Positions 38,230-45,518 of a stretch of DNA of 64,000 bases are shown here, one piece after another. The translations under genes were made by a program, and so were the position numbers. How positions within the stretch are numbered: the stretch's first letter is position 1; every line of letters starts with the position of its first letter. The notes below the pieces were generated by a model that did not search any database, was not told the origin of the DNA, and saw only the letters and a program-made list of their open reading frames with translations. The stretch is from an uncultured virus (IMG/VR IMGVR_UViG_3300020385_000010) (Duplodnaviria; Heunggongvirae; Uroviricota; Caudoviricetes): the IMG/VR virus record IMGVR_UViG_3300020385_000010; one strand, 5' to 3'.

Positions 38230-39204
38230 TTATTGGTATATTTCTTGTTCAACTAATTCTATGAACCTTTCAACTTTAGCTATGTCGTTTGAAGATATAG
38301 AATTAAATTCTTTTATTTCTTTAAACAAATCTGACACAACATCTAAGCCTTCAGCCATAACTTCATACCAATCTTCTGAATACCAGTCTATTGTATCTGT
38401 TTCTTTAACTTCAGGCTTAGTATCTTGCTTAGCTTCAGGCTCTATATTCCAAGACCTATTCCAAGCATCATCATCAGCTTTACTCCAAGAGGTTAACCCA
38501 GCTGTACCCCAACCATTATATGAAGACTGTTTTCCATAGTCATACCAATTTTTACCTTCATATTTAGGTGCAGTAACAGGTATTTTAATAGACTCAACAA
38601 GCTCACCTGTAGGACTATATACAAATAACTTATCTTTAGTTACTTCTTTTACTTTGCTTTTGTCTTCTGCAATTGCTAATAGGCCTTCTTCTAATGAGCT
38701 AAAGTATATACCTTGGTCTGTTCTTAGCCTAAACAATGGATTGTTTCTTCTATAAACATATAGTTGCCCGTCGCTTTGTGTCCAAACAGCATTGATTGTG
38801 CCGCTGTGTTTACCCAACGTTGCATAGTCATTAGTTTTATTTAATAAACTATATATAGCTTTAGAGTCAACATCTACATCGGGAAGGTTTTCTTCTTCCA
38901 GAAGCTCTTCGTAGTTACTCAACACACCATTATGCACACCGATATATTTACCGTTAACATAAGGATGAGTGTTCTCAGCAGTTTTAACACCATGAGTTGC
39001 GTAGCGTGTATGTCCAATAAACAACTCTGCATTGTTTATATCAAGCATATGTAATAAGTTACCTGATTTCTCAGTACACTTGTAGATTTTACCATCTATA
39101 AAAGCACCTGAAGAGTGACCACCACGACTGTCGTTGTCATGCATTAGATACATAAGTTTATTAATCGGTGTATCTTGCCCGATATATGCTACAATTCCAC
39201 ACAT
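38230..39204 (-). CDS. Class II (Ntn) glutamine amidotransferase
   Basis: MCGIV, RGGHSSG, GHTRYATHG, HPY, HNGVLSNY, VDSKAI. Confidence 0.92.
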   Translation of the reverse strand: MCGIVAYIGQDTPINKLMYLMHDNDSRGGHSSGAFIDGKIYKCTEKSGNLLHMLDINNAELFIGHTRYATHGVKTAENTHPYVNGKYIGVHNGVLSNYEELLEEENLPDVDVDSKAIYSLLNKTNDYATLGKHSGTINAVWTQSDGQLYVYRRNNPLFRLRTDQGIYFSSLEEGLLAIAEDKSKVKEVTKDKLFVYSPTGELVESIKIPVTAPKYEGKNWYDYGKQSSYNGWGTAGLTSWSKADDDAWNRSWNIEPEAKQDTKPEVKETDTIDWYSEDWYEVMAEGLDVVSDLFKEIKEFNSISSNDIAKVERFIELVEQEIYQ

Positions 39205-39251
39205 AATTTCTATAATTTAATTTGGTTGTTAGTTTAGGGACTGTGCATCCC

Positions 39252-39263
39252 CGTGATAGTGAA
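39252..39263 (-). promoter_or_regulatory. Repeated early-region motif TTCACTATCACG, copy 1
   Basis: Identical 12-mer at 40554-40565; 10-nt core at 41418-41427. Confidence 0.55.
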
Positions 39264-39321
39264 AAAAAATACACTAAGAGTGCGATTAGATGGTATACCA
39301 AATTCTGCACTCAAAGTGTAT
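39262..39321 (-). terminator. Intrinsic terminator-like hairpin after the ncRNA candidate
   Basis: ATACACT..GAGTGC/GCACTC..AGTGTAT followed by a T8 run on the minus strand. Confidence 0.65.
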
Positions 39322-39329
39322 GTAATAAT

Positions 39330-39715
39330 AATAACAACGCGATTTAGCAGGGAACTACCCCTAAATAGACTACCACTGGTTTTTATACCTCACAAATTCA
39401 GTATCCACTCACGGCCTTGGCAGGCTAACCTCATGCATTACTGCACCTTGGTTTACACGCATCTACGTGCCTCATCGTGACTAAGTAAAGGCAATGGTGT
39501 GCCTTGTTCAACTTAGTATGATACCTATCTACACAATTAGTTTTTTGTTTAGAACGTCTATTAATACAGTTATCCTGCTAAGGACTCGTTTACCTAAAGA
39601 TTTATAGGCAAATTTGCACGCGACTGCAACTGTATCCTTACCGACCTTGCTGGACCACAATCGTTGTAAGAACTAAATCTCCTTTACAGTTTCGAACCTG
39701 TAAAGTGTTGTTATT
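39330..39715 (-). ncRNA. Candidate large (about 390 nt) structured non-coding RNA
   Basis: 9-bp end-to-end closing stem, many nested helices, GUAA tetraloop, no credible ORF, followed by a terminator. Confidence 0.65.
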
Positions 39716-39857
39716 TTTTTAATATATCGACAATTTTGTCGAAGTTTTTTGTACATTCTTGTACTAGACTTAGAGCTTTCTTTGTAATCTTCTCTAATTC
39801 TTTTATACGTGCTTCCATAGCAAGTATTCTCTGATGGTTAAAGTCGTCATTGCTCAT
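39711..39857 (-). CDS. 48-aa coiled-coil protein (not in the ORF track)
   Basis: MSNDDFNHQRILAMEARIKELEKITKKALSLVQECTKNFDKIVDILKK; ATGA-coupled to the upstream gene. Confidence 0.55.
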   Translation of the reverse strand: MSNDDFNHQRILAMEARIKELEKITKKALSLVQECTKNFDKIVDILKK

Positions 39858-40276
39858 AACTTAAAATCAGCTGTAATTAAACCTGTATCAGGATGAACAG
39901 TAATAACTGTACCGTTATCGTATCTTGCAATGAAAGGTTTCTTTGCATCTACTCTACCTGTACGAATAGATGGATATGTAGGTCCAACTTCAGGCATAGC
40001 TACTATATTAGTGCGACTGCTTGCTTTTAACTTGTTGTTAATTTTAGCTGTCTTTGCCTTATCCTTTGGACCTTTAACAAGCTTGTAATACAATTGCGAA
40101 TACGCTTTATCGTAATGCTTGTTGTTTTTCTTGTTAATAGTACGTTTAATGATACGTGGTTGTAAATCGTCTACCGATTGAGGTATAATCTCTTTACCAT
40201 TCTTTTTAATGTGTACTCTGTTTTTTTGGAAGTTCTTGAGTATCTGCTGAACAACCATTTCTTTAGTTATTTTCAT
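39854..40276 (-). CDS. Basic hypothetical early protein
   Basis: 140-aa ORF, ATGA coupling. Confidence 0.6.
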   Translation of the reverse strand: MKITKEMVVQQILKNFQKNRVHIKKNGKEIIPQSVDDLQPRIIKRTINKKNNKHYDKAYSQLYYKLVKGPKDKAKTAKINNKLKASSRTNIVAMPEVGPTYPSIRTGRVDAKKPFIARYDNGTVITVHPDTGLITADFKL

Positions 40277-40491
40277 ATCTTCAATAATTTAGCTTCAAGT
40301 TTGTTCATTTGCTTAGTACCTAAAGACCTTGTTGGTTCCTGCATATAATCTCTTATACCTCTTGCAGTACTAATTTGTTCTTGATACGCAGCATTGCGTT
40401 CAGCTGCTTCCTGTTGCTTTTCTCTTTTACGAACAGCAAACTTTCCGTTACCTGAGTAACGATACATTACTTTTTTTTCTAATCCGACCAT
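40273..40491 (-). CDS. Hypothetical early protein
   Basis: 72-aa ORF. Confidence 0.55.
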   Translation of the reverse strand: MVGLEKKVMYRYSGNGKFAVRKREKQQEAAERNAAYQEQISTARGIRDYMQEPTRSLGTKQMNKLEAKLLKI

Positions 40492-40553
40492 AAGGCTTTC
40501 AATTTAGAGTTAATTAATATTAAAATGATAATCTTTGTGAAACTACTCTGCAT

Positions 40554-40565
40554 CGTGATAGTGAA
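40554..40565 (-). promoter_or_regulatory. Repeated early-region motif TTCACTATCACG, copy 2
   Basis: Intergenic; like copy 1 it is followed by (G)ATGCA on the minus strand. Confidence 0.55.
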
Positions 40566-40652
40566 TTCGGCTGAGGCGTGGGCTGTGTCGTGTGCCTGCC
40601 TCAAGCAGACATTATATGTGAGCTTGCGAACTCCTAAAGAAGATACATTAGT

Positions 40653-40683
40653 AAAAAAAAGTAGGGCGTGTTTCAGCCCTACT
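40653..40683 (-). terminator. Intrinsic terminator
   Basis: AGTAGGGC/GCCCTACT stem followed by a T run on the minus strand, right after the stop at 40688. Confidence 0.75.
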
Positions 40684-40687
40684 AATA

Positions 40688-41314
40688 TTATCTACGAATA
40701 ATAGCTCTCTTACGTGTGTTAGAGTTACCATTATTTTCATTATTCATACGCTCTGCATATTTAGCATCAGCAAGATGAACTTTACCGTTACGGGTTGCAA
40801 ATACACCGATAGAATAATCTATGCTACACATATATTTACAATAGCTATCAAAATCATTGACCTCGTCAATGTGAGTTGGATAGCTTAATCCTGCTTGACT
40901 AAAGATAGCATAAAGCTTTTTGATAGATGCATCTAATATTTTATAATCAGATAAGCTATCAAAGGTTTCGTGCTTTTCTATAAAACCGTCCCTTGTTTTA
41001 TCAAGGTATGCTACAGAGAGTGGAAACTCTTTGTTATAGGCTTTATAATCTGCATTAGTCTTTGGTAAATCTTTATGATTCATAAAGATAAATGTGTCTG
41101 TTATATTTGTAAGGCCTTGGCCGTTAAATATAATAGACTGATTAAAGGTATTTTTAGCATTATCTAAAGATGGAAATCTAAAGTTAAAGACTGTGTTACC
41201 TTTATCGGTTAAAGCAATTGAATTTAAAACTGCTTTGTGCGTCCCTACATGTTCAGTTGTTAGTTGAGACGGAATGAGTGCGTTGCACTCCATTGGTTTT
41301 TCGGTTCTTTTCAT
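40688..41314 (-). CDS. Hypothetical early protein
   Basis: Start probably MKRTEK at 41314 (the track extends to 41371). Confidence 0.6.
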   Translation of the reverse strand: MKRTEKPMECNALIPSQLTTEHVGTHKAVLNSIALTDKGNTVFNFRFPSLDNAKNTFNQSIIFNGQGLTNITDTFIFMNHKDLPKTNADYKAYNKEFPLSVAYLDKTRDGFIEKHETFDSLSDYKILDASIKKLYAIFSQAGLSYPTHIDEVNDFDSYCKYMCSIDYSIGVFATRNGKVHLADAKYAERMNNENNGNSNTRKRAIIRR

Positions 41315-41432
41315 AATTGAAAGAAAGATTAAATTAATAAAAGCTTTGCATCTAACAACACAAAGCAACAAACATTACTTGGAAGAAAGCCTGCTTTAGC
41401 AGGCAAAAAAAGAAGAGGTGATAGTGACTACG

Positions 41433-41681
41433 CTATTGATTGCGTAGTCTTATCAAATCTCTTTTATGGTTGGCATTCTCTTGCTGAAGCCTGTCGCAGT
41501 TATCTAAAATCTTTTTTTGGATAGATTTTAGTGCAACGACTTGTTGTTGCAGAGATGCAACCTCGTCGTGATTTAGACGAATGTCGTGTGCACGCTTTAG
41601 GCGTGTGTACGCGACACTATAAATCACATTAGCTATTAACAAGCTAAAGAAACAAATTTGAGTGAAAGCTAATTCAGACAT
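41433..41681 (-). CDS. Small TM plus coiled-coil early protein
   Basis: 82 aa; first gene of the minus-strand arm. Confidence 0.55.
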   Translation of the reverse strand: MSELAFTQICFFSLLIANVIYSVAYTRLKRAHDIRLNHDEVASLQQQVVALKSIQKKILDNCDRLQQENANHKRDLIRLRNQ

Positions 41682-42600
41682 AATAAAAAGTTTATGATTA
41701 ATAATTAACCAAGGCTTAAGGGCATAGCTTGAGTGCTATGATACCCTACCCTTGGTAGTACAGCTTGCTTTTCAGGCGTACTAAACCCCTATTCAATGTA
41801 CCAATTGAAATTTATGTACCCCTGCAGAGGTGGTGCTTGGTTGGAGCACTCTTACTTTATTTATATTAGATTGGAAATAAAAGAATAAGCTACTAACATG
41901 CGAAGCACTCTCGTGTATACTTTAGCCTGCTTATTCTTTTTTAATATTGTTTGCAAAAGAGATAGCTTTAGCTATCAGCACTTATGATAGTGGATAACTT
42001 TATAGCTGTTGCAATGTTTTAAATGATACGCAAGTATCATAATAGCGACGTGAGTCGCTTGACAATGTCAATTATTTGTTGTAACTTTGGTGGGTAAGTG
42101 GATAAGCATGCAGGTTAGCTACTGCAAACTATTAAATGTAACAAGCCACGCAAGACACAACAAATAACAGATGGAAAGAGAGCCTGCTTGCAGGCGACAG
42201 ACTGTTAATCAGTTGATAGTTAGCAAGATAGCACGGAAGCTTGCTGTAGAGCTAACGCAGATAACATAAGAAATGGTACTGATATTGGCTGATATGGATG
42301 TAAAGGTGTGTAGGAAGATGTTCGTACACACACATTCACGAACAGATTTAGTATTACCTAAAGCTGTGGTAGAGCTGTTAGTTTAGGACGAAGCGTAGGC
42401 AAAGGAAGCCGACAGAGCTTTTTGTAGCAAACCCGTAGGGGTTGAGAAAAAAACGACAGAGGCGGGGGAGTTATCACATAGACATCCGTATTTATACAGC
42501 AATAAAAAATTTTAGGGGGGTGGGGTGTGTACTTTTCTCTCAGAATAATTCTAAAAAAATTTTACTATGTTTGTAGCATTAACTTTAATAAAGGATAGCT
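41682..42600. other. Large divergent non-coding control region (candidate origin, genome end or early promoters)
   Basis: About 0.9 kb without ORFs; more than ten hairpins, two TTATCCACT 9-mers, G-runs, TAnnTTTG at 42082 and 42566. Confidence 0.6.
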
Positions 42601-42789
42601 ATGCATAATAAGAAAGTAAAGAAAGGTAAGTTTAAAGCCAAGGTTAAGAAGGTAGCTCAGAAGGTTAAGAACAAGTTCAGAGAGGTTGTAACAAAAGATA
42701 CCACACGTCCAGTAGTAAATACTCTACTTAAGTATAAGAAAGGTGGTATGATGTCTTACAAGAAAGGCGGTACAATCCAACACGACTAG
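42601..42789 (+). CDS. Small basic protein with YKKGG repeats
   Basis: 62 aa; preceded by TATGTTTG (42566-42573) and followed by a terminator-like hairpin. Confidence 0.65.
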   Translation: MHNKKVKKGKFKAKVKKVAQKVKNKFREVVTKDTTRPVVNTLLKYKKGGMMSYKKGGTIQHD

Positions 42790-42833
42790 AATATAATAAT
42801 ACATTAATATTAAGGTTTGGTTTTTTTGGTTGT

Positions 42834-42870
42834 AAGAGGGAGTGAAGCTTAGGTGGTAGCTCCCTTTTTC
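42834..42870 (+). terminator. Intrinsic terminator
   Basis: AGGGAG...CTCCCT followed by TTTTC. Confidence 0.55.
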
Positions 42871-42893
42871 TATTCTATTAATTTTTAATATCT

Positions 42894-43208
42894 TTGTGTA
42901 TGCAAAAAACCAAAAGTAAGTACGGCAGAATTGAAACGATGCCTAACGGAAAAATCTATGGGGTTGTTAATGTAACAACACTAGATGAAGAACAGGAGTA
43001 TAAAGTATTAAGTGATTATATTGATTTAGGGTATGTTATCCTAAGTAATGAGTATAAGTTTTGCGGGGGCACAACAGGGTATATAATTTATCATTATTAT
43101 GATACCGCATCCAACACAACAACAAGCGAGGAGTTAGACACCATTGAGCATGGTGTATTTGTAATGAAGACAGAATTAAAAAAGTATGTACCTAATTCAG
43201 GTAAATAA
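42894..43208 (+). CDS. Hypothetical protein
   Basis: 104-aa ORF; TATCTTTG at 42889-42896 suggests the real start is further downstream. Confidence 0.5.
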   Translation: MCMQKTKSKYGRIETMPNGKIYGVVNVTTLDEEQEYKVLSDYIDLGYVILSNEYKFCGGTTGYIIYHYYDTASNTTTSEELDTIEHGVFVMKTELKKYVPNSGK

Positions 43209-43719
43209 AACAGGGAATGCAATTGAGGATGACGGAGTTCTGGCAGTAAAGGAGTTTGCTGAAGTATTGCATTTGAGAGGCTATGGAAACAAAGCGCTGC
43301 TGTGGGTGGCACTTGTTTGTGATTATGATTCCCCTTATAAACACTTTGTTGAGAAGGAAAGGATAAGAGTAGTATCCAAAGACTTATACGGAACGTATGA
43401 GTGGAAGGGTATAAAATTGCAAAAAATTGCTGACGCAATTAGTAAGTATAAAGAGCTTCAGTTCGACCCCCTGGACGCGCAGCTCGTTGCCTTCAACGAA
43501 AAGATAGACGAGTTTACTATGCTTATGAAAAGAACTCGTATCACTATAGATAATGCTGCTGATATGCAAAAGGTGATGATTGGTATAGAAAAAATACTAG
43601 GTACAAGACAAAAAGTACTTGACTCTATAGAAAGAAGAGGGGAAAGAACTAAGATTGTTGGTCAGGCAGAGCTAAGTTATCTAGAGAAAACCAACAGCGT
43701 AAACAAAAATAATGGCTAA
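43186..43719 (+). CDS. Putative terminase small subunit or conserved pre-terminase protein
   Basis: Helical 177-aa protein with DYDSPY, directly upstream of terL. Confidence 0.5.
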   Translation: MYLIQVNKTGNAIEDDGVLAVKEFAEVLHLRGYGNKALLWVALVCDYDSPYKHFVEKERIRVVSKDLYGTYEWKGIKLQKIADAISKYKELQFDPLDAQLVAFNEKIDEFTMLMKRTRITIDNAADMQKVMIGIEKILGTRQKVLDSIERRGERTKIVGQAELSYLEKTNSVNKNNG

Positions 43720-45514
43720 CATCAAGCTTTATCAGCCATTAATCCATGAAGGAACTCCAGACTTAAATCCTGAAAGCGTTGCCTATAGAGAATTTTGGGA
43801 CGAACAGATAGATAGATGTAAAAATGGGTTTAAGCCTAAAGGTCTAGACAGAATATCTGGTAAACACTACTACTATTTAAATTTCTATAAGATACTTGGT
43901 AACTCAGGTGGCGATGGAAATAGAAAAACATTGATTGCTCCTTGGTATAGAGATATGGATAAGGAGTATTTCGACCTATTTGAGACTTGTAAGCAAGAAG
44001 AAAAGGGGATGATTGTAATTAAAGCCAGGGATAAAGGGTTTAGTTATATGAATTCTGGTATGTTAGCACATGAATTTACCTTTTATCCATTTAATGAGGT
44101 AGGTATTGCAGCAGGTTTACAGGTAACAGCCAACTCTTTCTTTGATAAAGTGAAGAAAGGACTCTTTAATCAACACCCTAACTTTAGACATTCTATACTT
44201 AAGGACGCAGATGAGACCTTACGCTCTGGATATAAGAAGAAAAACAGAGATGGTAAGTGGGAAGTAGGTGGTTTTCAGTCAGTTGTACACTGTAGAACGA
44301 TGAGTAACCCCGAAGTATTCAAAGGTGAGCGTTTATCTCTTATGGTATTTGAAGAAGCAGGGGAGTTCAAGGAGCTGTTAAATGCATATATGTCATCTAA
44401 GGCATGCTTTATGGATGGTAATTTGCAGTTTGGTGTACCTGTTATTGGTGGTACAGGTGGTGATATAGAGGCATCTTCTAAAGATTTCATGGAAATGTAT
44501 TATAATGCTGAGGCATTTAATCTTATTCCTATGTTTATACCTGCTACTAAATGTTACCATGGGTTCTTTAATGTAAAGAATGGTGTATCTGATGTGGATG
44601 GGGCGCAAGAATCTTTGATGAAAGACAGGGAACAGCTTAAATCTTCTGGTAATCAAAAGGGTTTTAATTTACATCTACAAAACTATCCTTTGTCTGTAGA
44701 AGAAGCTTTCCTTCAGACTAAATCTTCAAGGTTTAACGTTGGAAAAATAAATTCCCAAAGAAGTGATATATTAGCAAATGAAAGTTATAGTGGTCAAATA
44801 CAGCAAGGAAGACTAGAGTGGAATGATGAAGAAATCATGAGTGTACACTGGGTTTTAGACCCAAATGGACCTTATAAAATCCTTGCTCATCCGATGCCTG
44901 AATATGACGGTTTAGACATAGGAGGTATTGACTCATACGACCAAGACGTCGCTGAGGCGTCAAGTTCGTTAGGTAGTTGTATAATCTTTAGAAGGTTTTA
45001 CAACATGGATATAGCAGGCAATTATGTTATTGCTGATTACACAGATAGACCCAAGACGGCAGAAGAATTTTGGGATGGTTGTCTTAAGTTGGCTGTATAC
45101 TATAATTCAAAGATGCTAGTCGAGTATACAAAGATTGGTATACTAGATTATTTTAAAAGAGCAGGGGGATTAAAATATTTAAAAGAAAGACCTGCAACTG
45201 CACACTCACCTAAAACCGTAAATAGAAATAGATACGGTATACAGATGAATAAACATACCAAGGCGGTAATGGAGCAGTATATGGAAAAGTATATAGAGGA
45301 GAGCTGTGGAGATATATGGTTTATTGAATTGCTAGATGAATTAGCAAATTATGGATTAAGAAATACGGATAGGGCGATAGCGTTTGGTTTGTGCATGATT
45401 CATGATATAGATATATATCAACAGCAAGTGAAGCTAAGGGAACAAGCAACCAAACAAGTTGGTTTTATATATTATAAAAGAGAAAATGGTAGATTAATAC
45501 CTTACAAAGCATAA
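43712..45514 (+). CDS. terL: Terminase large subunit
   Basis: HYYYLNF, KARDKGFSY (Walker A variant), FEEAG, GGTGG, nuclease GGIDSYD and NTDRAIA. Confidence 0.95.
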   Translation: MANIKLYQPLIHEGTPDLNPESVAYREFWDEQIDRCKNGFKPKGLDRISGKHYYYLNFYKILGNSGGDGNRKTLIAPWYRDMDKEYFDLFETCKQEEKGMIVIKARDKGFSYMNSGMLAHEFTFYPFNEVGIAAGLQVTANSFFDKVKKGLFNQHPNFRHSILKDADETLRSGYKKKNRDGKWEVGGFQSVVHCRTMSNPEVFKGERLSLMVFEEAGEFKELLNAYMSSKACFMDGNLQFGVPVIGGTGGDIEASSKDFMEMYYNAEAFNLIPMFIPATKCYHGFFNVKNGVSDVDGAQESLMKDREQLKSSGNQKGFNLHLQNYPLSVEEAFLQTKSSRFNVGKINSQRSDILANESYSGQIQQGRLEWNDEEIMSVHWVLDPNGPYKILAHPMPEYDGLDIGGIDSYDQDVAEASSSLGSCIIFRRFYNMDIAGNYVIADYTDRPKTAEEFWDGCLKLAVYYNSKMLVEYTKIGILDYFKRAGGLKYLKERPATAHSPKTVNRNRYGIQMNKHTKAVMEQYMEKYIEESCGDIWFIELLDELANYGLRNTDRAIAFGLCMIHDIDIYQQQVKLREQATKQVGFIYYKRENGRLIPYKA

Positions 45515-45518
45515 AATT

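Noticed and set aside
39253..39480. Plus-strand 75-aa ORF
   Set aside because: Opposite to the operon, GTG start, atypical composition; it overlaps the structured element.
39682..39705. tRNA T-arm (GGTTCGAA on the minus strand)
   Set aside because: No acceptor stem, D-arm or anticodon arm around it; it is an 8-bp hairpin within the larger element.
39330..39715. Group I intron or tmRNA
   Set aside because: Intergenic, with no canonical P7 R/S spacing and no tRNA-like ends or tag ORF by eye; not formally excluded without a covariance-model scan.
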